A stretch of 64,000 bases of DNA. It comes from an uncultured Pseudomonadota bacterium (lineage in GTDB: Bacteria > Oederibacteriota > Muellerivitia > Muellerivitales > Muellerivitaceae). Made by a program: the position numbers and the translations under genes. The notes under the pieces are model-generated. The model did not search any database. It saw only the letters and a list, made by a program, of their open reading frames with translations, and was not told where the DNA came from. The stretch covers positions 320,001 through 384,000 of the forward strand of contig CAWJKT010000011.1 in the NCBI GenBank assembly GCA_963843375.1, in the 5' to 3' direction. This document shows positions 29,630 to 39,829 of the stretch, piece by piece (positions within the stretch are counted from its first letter, which is position 1; each line of letters opens with the position of its first letter).

Positions 29630-30301
29630 CTAAGAGGCCGACGGAACGGGTTCTTTGGCCGGCAACATCACTTCTTGAAAGTAATTGCAGACGGGGCATC
29701 GAAAAACCTTCATTTCAAGGGGTTGGTGAACCTGGTAGGCTGCGGTGCATAAGGGACAGGTTGTTTTGAACCCCATTGGGCGGGAAGTGGAATAATCGAA
29801 AAGGGCAATGCCGGTTAAATCGTCAAAAAAAGAGCCGATCTGGAGGGGTGTCAAAAGCGCCAGCGCGGCGTCCGGCAAGGGGGTTGCCGCAGCATTGGAA
29901 TCCGCCAATTTTTCAGCAATTTTTACGACATAATCGGTCCAAGCGTTGGTGATGTAAAAGGTGACGTAGTTCTTGACGGCGGGCAGGTGAATGGAAATCC
30001 GTCTTAAATCCTCGCAATGCTCAAAAACCCAAACGTCCTTGCCCCCGGCAAAATTTGATTCCCCGAAAAACCAGTCGGGGGTCTTGGACAAGGTTGGAAC
30101 ATCGCTGTTTAAAATTAGAAAGACCGCATGGGAGGACGCTATCTCTTTTGGAAAGTCCTTCATCAGCGGTTTCCCGTCAATGATGTCCTCGTAATTTCTC
30201 CAAAGAGTCCCGATCTTAACCGTAGAGAAAATTTTTTCGAAAAACGGTTTGAACCTCTGGTCCGCGAAGCTGTCCACAATGAGGATCTGGCGCATGGTCA
30301 A
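29630..30301 (-). CDS. Hypothetical protein: possible TIR-like domain plus C-terminal Zn ribbon
   Basis: EIASSHAVFLIL..DWFFGE..GKDVWVFE; CPLC..CPVC. Confidence 0.55.
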   Translation of the reverse strand: MTMRQILIVDSFADQRFKPFFEKIFSTVKIGTLWRNYEDIIDGKPLMKDFPKEIASSHAVFLILNSDVPTLSKTPDWFFGESNFAGGKDVWVFEHCEDLRRISIHLPAVKNYVTFYITNAWTDYVVKIAEKLADSNAAATPLPDAALALLTPLQIGSFFDDLTGIALFDYSTSRPMGFKTTCPLCTAAYQVHQPLEMKVFRCPVCNYFQEVMLPAKEPVPSAS

Positions 30302-30552
30302 TTTTTCTTTTTTGGGGCAGGCATTTTAGGTGGAAGAAGTTTCGGCGAGGTTGAAAGCGTCTTGAGGCTGTTCTGCAATTCTTTTTCCGCCAAGAGCCAA
30401 TCCTCCAACTCATTTCCCGGCTGGGCGTAACGCCCCCGATTCAACCAACTGTAATAAGCGGCTTCTTCAACTTTTTTTGTCGTCTCTTCCGCGGTTGGGA
30501 GGGGAGCGGTCTGGATCATGGTCAAATGGGTCATATCGGGTTCCTTTGTCAT
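30298..30552 (-). CDS. DUF2934 domain small protein
   Basis: VEEAAYYSWLNRG..PG.ELEDWLLAE. Confidence 0.85.
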   Translation of the reverse strand: MTKEPDMTHLTMIQTAPLPTAEETTKKVEEAAYYSWLNRGRYAQPGNELEDWLLAEKELQNSLKTLSTSPKLLPPKMPAPKKKN

Positions 30553-30571
30553 ATCTCTTTACATGATAAAA

Positions 30572-30585
30572 GCAAGAAACGAGCC
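30572..30585 (-). promoter_or_regulatory. sigma54 promoter (left arm of divergon)
   Basis: Minus strand GGCTCGTTTCTTGC. Confidence 0.82.
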
Positions 30586-30648
30586 GTATTTCCGGAGTTT
30601 TAAACTGCTTTTATTGGCCTTCTTTGACGAATGCTTCCATCGAAAGGA

Positions 30649-30681
30649 ATCAAAATGAGTAATTGGAACCATCATTTTGAT
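30649..30681. promoter_or_regulatory. Paired-box putative enhancer
   Basis: ATCAAAATG-N15-CATTTTGAT. Confidence 0.8.
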
Positions 30682-30791
30682 CTGGATCATCACGATTTTT
30701 GTGTGAAGTGGGGAGGCCTCAAAAAAACCCTCAGCCGGTGTTTTCTTTCCGGGGCAGGGGTTTCGGGGATTTGGAATCATTGAACCTTTGG

Positions 30792-30805
30792 GGCACGTTC
30801 CTTGC
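30792..30805 (+). promoter_or_regulatory. sigma54 promoter for ice-binding gene 2
   Basis: GGCACGTTCCTTGC, close to consensus TGGCACG-N4-TTGC. Confidence 0.85.
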
Positions 30806-30872
30806 TCTAACACCTCTTCTGGATTTCATGATCGGCTTTGAGATTCAAATAAATATTTTGGGAAATAAAAAA

Positions 30873-31847
30873 GTGAAAAATCTTTTCGTCAATTTAATTG
30901 TGATAGTTTCTCTTCCAATCGCTTTTATGGCCGGATGCGGCAACAAGAGCACATCCCCGTCCAGCCCCGGGGCTCCCACTGAAACCCCGACCATAACTTC
31001 CACTCCAACTATCACCGGAACGCCCACGTTAACCGGTACTCCAACCATCACCCGAACGCCCACGGAGACCACAACCATAACTCCGACGCCGACGATAACC
31101 TCAACTCCCACTGTAACTCAAACGCCGACATCGACCGGAACACCGACAGAAACCGGAATCGCGACAAGGACCGCTACTCCGGCGGGCTACAGCTTACCTC
31201 AACCGTTTCCACCCGCCATGGTTAACCTTGGGTCAGCGGCCAATTACGTGATCTTGTCTTATACTGGGATCACCAACAGCGGACCCAGTACGACTTGCGG
31301 CGGTTATGGGGTATACCCGGATGGAGAGACTTCCATTACCGGGTCGCCTGCAATCGTGGAAATATGTGGTGGGGCCATTAATGTAGGTGATAGCGCGGCG
31401 GACACAGCTAAGTTGGACTTAGGCACCGCCTATACCCATGCCATGGGGCTTCCCATGGGGGCCACTTTACCTCCCGGCGCCGATATCGGGGGCCAAACCC
31501 TTTATCCGGGCGTCTATTCCGAAAGCGGCGATCTCAATATTTCCTCGGCTGATCTTACTCTCGATGCTCAAGGAAACTCGAGCGCTGTCTTTGTTTTCCA
31601 GGTTAAGAGCGGTGGCGATCTTATCGTCGGACCCGGACGGAATGTCATACTGACCGGAGACGCCCAAGCCGCCAACGTTTTTTGGGCCGTGTCCGGTTAC
31701 TGCTCTCTTAATACGACCGTCTCCTTCGTGGGCAATATCATGGCCTATACCTCAGTCACCCTTAATACGGGCGCCGTACTAAAAGGCCGCGCTTTAGCCT
31801 CCAACGGCGATGTTACTTTATTATCCAATACCATCACCCATCCCTAA
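30873..31847 (+). CDS. Ice-binding family (DUF3494) lipoprotein 2
   Basis: GTG start; lipobox MAGC; TPT stalk; NLGSAANY, GQTLYPGVY, LDAQGNSSAVFVFQ, AANVFW, GRALA. Confidence 0.92.
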   Translation: MKNLFVNLIVIVSLPIAFMAGCGNKSTSPSSPGAPTETPTITSTPTITGTPTLTGTPTITRTPTETTTITPTPTITSTPTVTQTPTSTGTPTETGIATRTATPAGYSLPQPFPPAMVNLGSAANYVILSYTGITNSGPSTTCGGYGVYPDGETSITGSPAIVEICGGAINVGDSAADTAKLDLGTAYTHAMGLPMGATLPPGADIGGQTLYPGVYSESGDLNISSADLTLDAQGNSSAVFVFQVKSGGDLIVGPGRNVILTGDAQAANVFWAVSGYCSLNTTVSFVGNIMAYTSVTLNTGAVLKGRALASNGDVTLLSNTITHP

Positions 31848-31871
31848 GGATTCACCTTAGGGGTTAAATGG

Positions 31872-31907
31872 AAAAAAAGGCCAGGACAAATTCCTGGCCT
31901 TTTTTTT
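31872..31907 (+). terminator. Rho-independent terminator
   Basis: aaaggccagga-caaat-tcctggccttt followed by T tract. Confidence 0.9.
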
Positions 31908-32015
31908 AAAATTCGGAAAGTCAAAGACGTGAAAAAAAACCGAGAAAGACTTGGATTCTTTCCATTGGCTTCACTCATGCATACCTCTCTGACCATTCGG
32001 CCCCTATCAAAGGGG

Positions 32016-32048
32016 ATCAAATTGAGGGCTGGATATAATCATAATGAT
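32016..32048. promoter_or_regulatory. Paired-box putative enhancer (degenerate)
   Basis: ATCAAATTG-N15-CATAATGAT. Confidence 0.65.
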
Positions 32049-32152
32049 CTGCAACTCGTGACTGAGTCCCGCTAAAAAATTCCTCAACCCCAAAACATCG
32101 TTCTTTTTCGAGGCCAGGGAAGAGGTTTGATTTTTCCCTTGAATTTCCGAGA

Positions 32153-32166
32153 GGTATGGAACTTGC
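32153..32166 (+). promoter_or_regulatory. sigma54 promoter for ice-binding gene 3
   Basis: GGTATGGAACTTGC. Confidence 0.8.
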
Positions 32167-32234
32167 CTTAGTTCCTTTCCTGAATTTCATGATTGGATGT
32201 GGGATTCAAATAAATATTTTTGGGAAGTAATAAA

Positions 32235-33257
32235 GTGAAAAAGCTTATCGTAAATTTAGTTGTAATAGCCTCACTTCCAATTGCTTTTGTAGCCGGTTGC
32301 GGAAGCAATAACAACAATCCGTCCAGTCCAGGGGGTTCGGCAGCGACTTCAACGAACACCACGACACCCACGAGAACCTTAACGACCGCGACGCCAACGA
32401 GTACCGGGACGAACACGGCGACGAAAACCGTTACGTCTACGGCCACGGCTACCGCGACCGTGACACCCTCGGGGACCATCACGCCCGTGGCGACCGCAAC
32501 AACGACGAACAGTCCGACCAACACGGCTACCGTTACGGTGACCGCAACCCCGACCAACAGTCCGATGAGCACGGCCACTTATACGGTGACCGCTACCCCG
32601 TCAGGAACGGTTACGACGATTGTAACTGCGACGCCCCAAGCCGTCCAAACACCGGTTAATCTTGGATCTACGGTCAGTTACGCTGTCTTGGCTTTCTCCG
32701 AGGCCACCAATACCGGCGCCACCACACTCTGTGGGGACCTGGGTTTGTGGTCAGGAACAGCTTTTGGCGCGGGCTACGTGTTTTGTAACGGCGGAATCGA
32801 GAACATCACCAATGGGGCCGCAGAAACCGCCCAAGGCGACTTGACCACGGCCATAGGGGATGCCTCGGGAAGGACAACCCCGGCTTTGATTTCCGGTGAT
32901 TTGGGTGGCCAAACGCTTTATGCAGGCCTTTATAACTCATCCGGTACGATTGGGATAACGGGTACTCTCACCTTGGATGCCCAGTCAAATCCGAATGCGG
33001 TCTTCATCTTCCAAATCGCGAGCACCCTTTCCAGCGCGGTCAGCAGTCAGGTCATCCTCGCCAATGGAGCGGAAGCCGCCAACATCTTCTGGCAGGTTAG
33101 CACTAATTGCAGCTTGGGTGATTATTCCACCTTTATGGGAACCATCATGACTGGCACAGCGACCACGATTGGTACAGGCGTCGTGTTGGATGGCCGGGCT
33201 TTAGCAAAGTCCGCCGTTACGATGCAGGGTGATGACATCGCCGTTCCCACTCCGTAA
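32235..33257 (+). CDS. Ice-binding family (DUF3494) lipoprotein 3
   Basis: GTG start; lipobox VAGC; Thr stalk; GQTLYAGLY, LTLDAQSNPNAVFIFQ, GAEAANIFWQV, GRALA. Confidence 0.92.
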   Translation: MKKLIVNLVVIASLPIAFVAGCGSNNNNPSSPGGSAATSTNTTTPTRTLTTATPTSTGTNTATKTVTSTATATATVTPSGTITPVATATTTNSPTNTATVTVTATPTNSPMSTATYTVTATPSGTVTTIVTATPQAVQTPVNLGSTVSYAVLAFSEATNTGATTLCGDLGLWSGTAFGAGYVFCNGGIENITNGAAETAQGDLTTAIGDASGRTTPALISGDLGGQTLYAGLYNSSGTIGITGTLTLDAQSNPNAVFIFQIASTLSSAVSSQVILANGAEAANIFWQVSTNCSLGDYSTFMGTIMTGTATTIGTGVVLDGRALAKSAVTMQGDDIAVPTP

Positions 33258-33290
33258 GAACTTAGTCCAATAATTGATTTAGTGGCGTAT

Positions 33291-33322
33291 AAAGGCCGGG
33301 AAAAACTCCCGGCCTTTTTTTA
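33291..33322 (+). terminator. Rho-independent terminator
   Basis: aaaggccggga-aaaac-tcccggccttt followed by T tract. Confidence 0.9.
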
Positions 33323-33344
33323 TTTTTTGACAAATTTAAGTGAG

Positions 33345-33377
33345 ATCAAAATGAGAGTTGAAAATAATCATTTTGAT
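33345..33377. promoter_or_regulatory. Paired-box putative enhancer
   Basis: ATCAAAATG-N15-CATTTTGAT. Confidence 0.8.
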
Positions 33378-33470
33378 TGCCTATCTGTAATGGTGAGCTG
33401 CTGAAGATCCCTTCCGCGCCAAATATTTGTTTTTTTTGAAACTATTGGAGGCATGGACAGTCTTCCTTGA

Positions 33471-33484
33471 GGTATGGAAATTGC
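33471..33484 (+). promoter_or_regulatory. sigma54 promoter for hybrid kinase operon
   Basis: GGTATGGAAATTGC, just upstream of ATG 33502. Confidence 0.78.
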
Positions 33485-33501
33485 TTTGAAATAGAGATTC
33501 T

Positions 33502-36500
33502 ATGACCACTCAAACCCTCCTCAAGACCGAATCTGTTGAACCGGATTCGGTGGATATCCATCAATTACTTAAAGCCTTGATGGCCCTGAAAAAGGGCGAT
33601 TTTTCTGTGCGTCTTCCGATCGACTGGACCGGAACGGCCGGCAAGATCGCGGACACTTTCAATGATGTGGTTGAGATGAACCAGCACATGGCGATGGAAC
33701 TTCAGCGCTTGTGTCAAGCCGTGGCGAAGGAAGGCAAGATCAACCAGCGGACTCCTCTGGGGGAATTCGGCGGCGCCTGGTCCCAAATGACGGAATCCGT
33801 GAACACCCTTATCGATGAACTGGTTCGTCCCACCAGTGAAATGTCCCGGGTCATCGGCGCCGTGGCCAAGGGGGACCTTTCCCAAGAAGCGGCTTTGGAA
33901 GTGGGCGGACGCCCCCTGGAAGGGGAATTCCTTCAAACGGGCCGTACCATCAACACCATGGTGGATCGGTTGCGGTCCTTCGCTTCCGAAGTCACCCGGG
34001 TTGCGCGCGAAGTAGGAACCGAAGGGAAACTCGGCGGCCAAGCCATTGTTCCAGGGGTCGCGGGCACGTGGAAGGACTTGGCCGATAATGTCAATCTGAT
34101 GGCCAGCAACCTGACGAGTCAGGTTCGTAATATCGCGGACGTCACTCTCTCAGTGGCCCAAGGCGATCTTTCCAAAAAAATCACCGCCGACGTGCGTGGC
34201 GAAGTCCTTGTCCTAAAAGAAACCGTCAACACGATGGTGGACCAACTTCGTTCCTTCGCCTCGGAAGTGAGCCGGGTAGCTCGAGAAGTCGGAACCGAAG
34301 GGAAACTGGGCGGCCAGGCCATTGTTCCGGGAGCGGCCGGAACCTGGAAAGACCTGACCGACAACGTGAATTTCATGGCAAGCAACCTGACGAGCCAGGT
34401 ACGCAATATCGCCGATATCACGACCGCTGTGGCGAACGGCGATTTTTCCAAGAAGATCACTGCCGACGTGCGGGGCGAGTTCCTTCAACTGAAAGAGAAA
34501 GTCAACACGATGGTGGACCAGTTGAGTCTTTTTACCTCGGAGGTGACGCGAGTCGCGCGGGAAGTGGGAACGGAAGGGAAACTGGATAGCCAGGCCATCG
34601 CGCCAGGCGCGGCGGGAACCTGGAAGGAATTAACCGACAACGTCAACTTCATGTCCTCGAATCTGACGAGTCAAGTGCGCAATATCGCCGATATCACGAC
34701 CGCTGTGGCGAACGGCGATTTTTCCAAGAAGATCACTGCCGACGTGCGGGGCGAGTTCCTTCAACTGAAAGAGAAAGTCAACACGATGGTGGACCAGTTG
34801 AGTCTTTTTACCTCGGAGGTGACGCGGGTCGCGCGGGAAGTGGGAACGGAAGGGAAACTGGATAGCCAGGCCATCGCGCCAGGTGCGGCTGGAACCTGGA
34901 AGGAATTAACCGACAACGTCAACTTCATGTCCTCGAATCTGACGAGTCAAGTGCGCAATATCGCCAATATCACGACCGCTGTGGCGAACGGCGATTTTTC
35001 CAAGAAGATCACTGCCGACGTGCGGGGCGAGTTCCTTCAACTGAAAGAGAAAGTCAACACGATGGTGGACCAGTTGAGTCTTTTTACCTCGGAGGTGACG
35101 CGAGTCGCGCGGGAAGTGGGAACGGAAGGGAAACTGGGTGGGCAGGCCATCGCGCCAGGCGCGGCTGGAACCTGGAAAGATCTGACCGACAACGTCAACC
35201 ACATGGCAGCCAACCTAACCGACCAGGTGCGCAGCATCGCTAAGGTGGTCAGCTCCGTAGCCAAGGGGGACCTGAAACAAAAGCTCACGGTCGTGTCCAA
35301 GGGTGAAGTCGCCACTTTGGCCGACACCATCAATATCATGGTGGACCAGCTCAATGCCTTCGCCGCGCAGGTCACCAGCGTGGCCCGAGAAGTCGGCGTG
35401 GAAGGCCGTTTAGGGGGGCAGGCCAACGTGCCGGGAGCGGCTGGAACCTGGAAGGACCTGACGGACAACGTCAACCAACTAGCCGCCAACCTGACGACCC
35501 AGGTACGCGCCATTTCCGAAGTCGTCAGTTCGGTCGCCAGCGGGGACCTGACACGGTCCATCCGCATGGACGCCAGGGGCGAGGTGGAGACTTTAAAAGA
35601 TACCATCAACCAGATGATCGCCAACCTGCGCGGCACTACCCTGAAAAATTCGGAGCAAGTCTGGTTAAAAACGAATTTGGCCCGTTTCACCCTCATGTTG
35701 CAAGGACAGAGAGATTTGTCGACCGTTGCCAAGGCTATCCTTTCAGAACTCAACCAAGTAGTTTCGGCTCAGCACAGCGCCTTTTATATTGCTGACTCCA
35801 AAGAATCGGGCGGGACTCGCTTAAAACTTCTTTCCGGGTTCGCCTACCGTCCCAGGCCAGAACTTCCGCAGGAATTCGGTTTCGGAGAGGGCCTAGTGGG
35901 CCAATGCGCCCAGGAAAAGACCAGGCTTTTATTGAATAATGTTCCTGGCGACTATATCCGTATCAGTTCGGGTTTAGGGGAAGCGAGCCCCCTGAACCTG
36001 GTGGTGTTGCCCGTTCTTTTCGAAGGCAAAATCAAGGGTGTCCTGGAATTGGCTTCTTTTGAGGTGTTCACCCCATCCCATTTGGCTTTTCTGGAACAAC
36101 TGATGGAAAGTATCGGCATCGTCATCAATACCCTGGAAGCGAATTTGCGCACTGAAACCCTTCTGAAGAACCTGCAAAGCCAGCAGGAGGAATTACAAAA
36201 GTCGAACCAAAATTTGGAAGAAAAAGCCGACCAGTTGGCCCTGACCTCCAAGTACAAGACCGAGTTTCTTTCCAATATGTCTCATGAGTTGCGCACACCC
36301 CTCAACAGCATGCTCATCCTTTCCCAGCAATTGGCAGAGGATCCGAAAAACCTTACTCCCAAACAGGTGGAATACGCCCGCACCATCCACGCTTCGGGCG
36401 GCGACTTGCTGCTGTTGATCAACGATATCCTGGACCTTGCCAAGGTGGAATCCGGGACCTTGACGCTGGACGTTATCGACCTGCCTTTTACCGAGATGCG

Positions 36501-38295
36501 TGACCATATGGATCGACTTTTCCGCCACGTGGCCGAGGGTCGCGGGCTTCATTTCGGCATCGAATTCGACCCCAAACTGGGCCTTGAAATCCATACTGAT
36601 TCCAAGAGGCTGGAACAGATCTTGAGAAATCTTCTTTCCAACGCTTTTAAGTTTACGGAAAAAGGGCAGGTCTATCTCAAGGTGGCGCCGGCCAGCGGCG
36701 GTTGGAGTTTCGACCATCCCGTTTTAAGCAAAGCCCAGGAAGTCATTGCTTTTTCTGTCATTGACACAGGGATCGGGATTCCGGAGGACAAGCAAAAGAT
36801 CATCTTCGAGGCTTTCCAACAGGCCGAAAGCGGGACCAGCCGCAAATATGGGGGGACAGGACTGGGGCTGTCGATCAGCCGCGAACTAGCAATGGTTTTG
36901 GGGGGCCAATTGGCTTTGGCCAATAGTCATCCTGGGCGCGGGAGCGCTTTCGTTCTTTATATGCCAAGGAATTATGTCCCGGTCAAGCCCGCTACGGTCA
37001 TTCCCGCCATCGAACCAGAACGATTGCTGGCTCCAAAGCCGCCACACGATCCGGTGCTAACGGAAAGCGATGTGGCTTTAGGTTCCACGAATGAGGTTGC
37101 GGACGACCGAAAAAACATCCAGTCGGGTGACAAAATCCTCCTGATCGTGGAAAAGGACGCGAAATTCGCCCAAATCCTATTGGAGGCGGCCCGCGATAAA
37201 GGTTTCAAAGGGCTTGTCGCATCACGAGGCGATACCGCCTTGCGTTTGGCCAAAGAGTTCCCGGCAAGCGCGGTGACCTTAGATATTCGGCTCCCCGATA
37301 TTGATGGTTGGAGCATTCTTGCCCATTTTAAGAAAGACTTGGCCACGCGCCATATCCCCGTTGAGATTATTTCCGGTGATGGGGACCGGATAAGGGGCCT
37401 AAAGCAGGGAGCATTGGGATACCTGAAGAAGCCCGTTAATAAAGAGGACCTGGACAAGGCTTTTAAGAATATCCATAAATGCCTTGAGTCACCTACCCGA
37501 GAAGTGCTGCTGGTTTGCGGAAAGCAGGACCAACGCAAAAAGCTCAAGGAAATACTGGAATCCGGTGAGATCAAAGTGCATGCCGTTTCCAGCAGCCGTG
37601 AAGCCCTTCCGCTTTTGAAGGAAGGAAACCTGGACTGTGTGGCCCTGGAAGTACCGGATCCAGAGGCTTTCCGGGTGCTCCAAGCCATAAATATCAACCC
37701 TCAATACGGCTATTTACCCCTGATCGTTTATATCAGCGGTGATCTCAATAAAAACGAAGAGGAAGAACTGAGGCGGATCGCCAAGGTTTGCGTCGTTAAG
37801 GAAACCAAGTCCATGGAAGGATTAATGGATGAGGTGATCCTTTTTATCCATCAGGCAGTCTCCAAGCTTCCCGAAGCCAAACGCAACAGTATTGAACAGA
37901 TGCACCGGAGCAACGACATTCTGACCGGCCGAAAGGTGCTAGTCGTGGATGACGACATCCGCAATATTTTTGCCATGACCAGCCTTCTGGAGCACGAGAA
38001 GATGCAAGTCTTATCTGCGGAGAGCGGCAGCGGGGCCATTGAGCTTTTAGAAAAGACTCCAGACATGGACATCGTTCTTATGGACATTATGATGCCGGAA
38101 ATGGACGGTTACGACACCATGCAGGCCATCCGCAAAAAGGAATCCTTCAAATCCCTGCCCATCGTCGCCTTGACCGCTAAGGCCATGAAGGGAGACCGGG
38201 AAAAATGCATCGAGTCTGGGGCCTCGGATTACATCACTAAGCCAGTGGACACAGCCCAGCTACTCGCCCTGATGAGAATATGGTTGAAACGATAG
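33502..38295 (+). CDS. Soluble poly-HAMP / GAF / HisKA-HATPase hybrid kinase with three receiver domains
   Basis: 92-aa HAMP-pair repeats ([30 protein letters not shown]), [41 protein letters not shown] x3 (middle one degenerate). Confidence 0.95.
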   Translation: MTTQTLLKTESVEPDSVDIHQLLKALMALKKGDFSVRLPIDWTGTAGKIADTFNDVVEMNQHMAMELQRLCQAVAKEGKINQRTPLGEFGGAWSQMTESVNTLIDELVRPTSEMSRVIGAVAKGDLSQEAALEVGGRPLEGEFLQTGRTINTMVDRLRSFASEVTRVAREVGTEGKLGGQAIVPGVAGTWKDLADNVNLMASNLTSQVRNIADVTLSVAQGDLSKKITADVRGEVLVLKETVNTMVDQLRSFASEVSRVAREVGTEGKLGGQAIVPGAAGTWKDLTDNVNFMASNLTSQVRNIADITTAVANGDFSKKITADVRGEFLQLKEKVNTMVDQLSLFTSEVTRVAREVGTEGKLDSQAIAPGAAGTWKELTDNVNFMSSNLTSQVRNIADITTAVANGDFSKKITADVRGEFLQLKEKVNTMVDQLSLFTSEVTRVAREVGTEGKLDSQAIAPGAAGTWKELTDNVNFMSSNLTSQVRNIANITTAVANGDFSKKITADVRGEFLQLKEKVNTMVDQLSLFTSEVTRVAREVGTEGKLGGQAIAPGAAGTWKDLTDNVNHMAANLTDQVRSIAKVVSSVAKGDLKQKLTVVSKGEVATLADTINIMVDQLNAFAAQVTSVAREVGVEGRLGGQANVPGAAGTWKDLTDNVNQLAANLTTQVRAISEVVSSVASGDLTRSIRMDARGEVETLKDTINQMIANLRGTTLKNSEQVWLKTNLARFTLMLQGQRDLSTVAKAILSELNQVVSAQHSAFYIADSKESGGTRLKLLSGFAYRPRPELPQEFGFGEGLVGQCAQEKTRLLLNNVPGDYIRISSGLGEASPLNLVVLPVLFEGKIKGVLELASFEVFTPSHLAFLEQLMESIGIVINTLEANLRTETLLKNLQSQQEELQKSNQNLEEKADQLALTSKYKTEFLSNMSHELRTPLNSMLILSQQLAEDPKNLTPKQVEYARTIHASGGDLLLLINDILDLAKVESGTLTLDVIDLPFTEMRDHMDRLFRHVAEGRGLHFGIEFDPKLGLEIHTDSKRLEQILRNLLSNAFKFTEKGQVYLKVAPASGGWSFDHPVLSKAQEVIAFSVIDTGIGIPEDKQKIIFEAFQQAESGTSRKYGGTGLGLSISRELAMVLGGQLALANSHPGRGSAFVLYMPRNYVPVKPATVIPAIEPERLLAPKPPHDPVLTESDVALGSTNEVADDRKNIQSGDKILLIVEKDAKFAQILLEAARDKGFKGLVASRGDTALRLAKEFPASAVTLDIRLPDIDGWSILAHFKKDLATRHIPVEIISGDGDRIRGLKQGALGYLKKPVNKEDLDKAFKNIHKCLESPTREVLLVCGKQDQRKKLKEILESGEIKVHAVSSSREALPLLKEGNLDCVALEVPDPEAFRVLQAININPQYGYLPLIVYISGDLNKNEEEELRRIAKVCVVKETKSMEGLMDEVILFIHQAVSKLPEAKRNSIEQMHRSNDILTGRKVLVVDDDIRNIFAMTSLLEHEKMQVLSAESGSGAIELLEKTPDMDIVLMDIMMPEMDGYDTMQAIRKKESFKSLPIVALTAKAMKGDREKCIESGASDYITKPVDTAQLLALMRIWLKR
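34402..35200 (+). repeat. Three near-identical 276-bp tandem units inside the HAMP array
   Basis: cgcaatatcgcc(g/a)atatcacgaccgctgtggcgaacggc at 34402, 34678, 34954. Confidence 0.95.
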
Positions 38296-38305
38296 GAGGA
38301 AAACC

Positions 38306-38908
38306 GTGGTTGAGAATAAAATGCCAGTCAATATTCTTTTAGTAGATGACCAGCCGGCCAATCTATTGGCGCTCGAGGCTGTATTGGAAAGCCTGGGTCA
38401 AAACCTAGTAAGGGCCAATTCCGGGGAAGAGGCTTTAAGGCAGCTGATTCAAAGGGATTTCGCCGTAATTCTTTTGGACGTGCTTATGCCGGGGATAAAT
38501 GGGTTTGAAACAGCGGCCCTTATCCGCCAGCGCGATCGTAACAGCAATATGCCCATCATTTTCCTGACGGCGGGTGGAAAAACCGAGACAGAGATGTTCC
38601 GTGGCTATGCCGTGGGAGCCATCGACTACCTATTGAAGCCCATCCGTCCGGCGGTACTTCGGTCCAAGGTATCGGTTTTGATCGACCTTTACCGCCGGAC
38701 CACGGAAGTGCATCACCTAAAGCAGGAACTCAGCCAAAGAATCCGGGAAATCGAGGGCTTGAACTCGATGTTAAAAACCGAAAATGAATGCCGCAAAAGG
38801 ATTGAGGCGGAATTGGGCCTGTCCAAAGAGGGGTCGAAAAACTTTGATGCCAACTCGGAGGCGAGAGCTCCCAAACCCACGATGGCGGTCGAAGAACAGG
38901 GACGTTAG
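38306..38908 (+). CDS. Response regulator: receiver plus coiled coil, no output domain
   Basis: ILLVDD, LLDVLMP, IIFLTA, DYLLKP. Confidence 0.9.
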   Translation: MVENKMPVNILLVDDQPANLLALEAVLESLGQNLVRANSGEEALRQLIQRDFAVILLDVLMPGINGFETAALIRQRDRNSNMPIIFLTAGGKTETEMFRGYAVGAIDYLLKPIRPAVLRSKVSVLIDLYRRTTEVHHLKQELSQRIREIEGLNSMLKTENECRKRIEAELGLSKEGSKNFDANSEARAPKPTMAVEEQGR

Positions 38909-38940
38909 CCGAGCGAACCAATGGAAAACTGGAGTAAAAA

Positions 38941-39504
38941 ATGACAAAGGGCAAGGAAGTTAACGTAAATAGGCCACGCGTCAACATTCTTCTAGTGGAT
39001 GACGAACCGGCAAACCTGCTGGCCCTTGAGGCGGTATTGGAATGTCTGGGCCAAAACTTAGTGCGGGCTAATTCTGGGGAAGAGGCTTTAAGGCAGCTAA
39101 TTGAAAAGGATTTCGCCGTCATTCTTTTGGACGCGTTGATGCCAATGATGAACGGGTTTGAAACGGCCGCCCTGATACGCCAGCGCGACCTCAGCAGCCA
39201 TATGCCGATCATTTTCCTGACGGCGGGTGGAAAAACCGAGACGGAAATGTTCCAAGCCTATGCAGTGGGAGCGATTGACTATCTGTTGAAACCTTTCGTT
39301 CCCGCAGTGCTGCGTTCCAAGGTTTCGGTTTTGATCGAACTTTACCGCCGAACCGAGGAAGCGCGCCGGCTGAACGATGAATTAGGCCGCAAGGTCAAGG
39401 AACTTGTAATTGTGAACTTGAAATTGGAGATCGAAAATCGAAAACACGATCGGATGATGGAGAAACTTCACCGATCTGAAGAAGGATTGAAGAAACTCAA
39501 CTGA
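38941..39504 (+). CDS. Response regulator paralog: receiver plus coiled coil
   Basis: ILLVDDE, LLDALMP, DYLLKP; highly similar to 38306-38908. Confidence 0.9.
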   Translation: MTKGKEVNVNRPRVNILLVDDEPANLLALEAVLECLGQNLVRANSGEEALRQLIEKDFAVILLDALMPMMNGFETAALIRQRDLSSHMPIIFLTAGGKTETEMFQAYAVGAIDYLLKPFVPAVLRSKVSVLIELYRRTEEARRLNDELGRKVKELVIVNLKLEIENRKHDRMMEKLHRSEEGLKKLN

Positions 39505-39829
39505 TCAAACCGTAGAAAAAGCGATAATGAAATTAGTTTTTTATTGCCTTCCAGCGGTCGTAATGCCGTTCTTCGTAAGATGTGGTATTACCCCGCATTC
39601 CTTGGAAGTGACCAAAGGGTTATGCGGGATATCGCGAGTTAATAATTTTTTAATAACTTCTATCGATAACCAGGAACCAATGGGTTTAGTCACCTTTGTT
39701 GGGAACATCGGGACGACTTCCGGATGAATTTTTTTTGGCTGTAACTTCATCTCTCGCTAGGTAGCCCGCCTTTCAGGGGTTGAAATCAGATGAAATGCTG
39801 GCAAAAGAAGGATTCCCGGTGGAGCGGAC

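Noticed and set aside
34402..35200. CRISPR array or mobile repeat
   Set aside because: The repeats are in-frame 276-bp coding units without unique spacers, and no cas genes were seen.
39527..39750. Small ORFs between the receivers and yihY
   Set aside because: Overlapping opposite-strand ORFs with no convincing RBS or motif.
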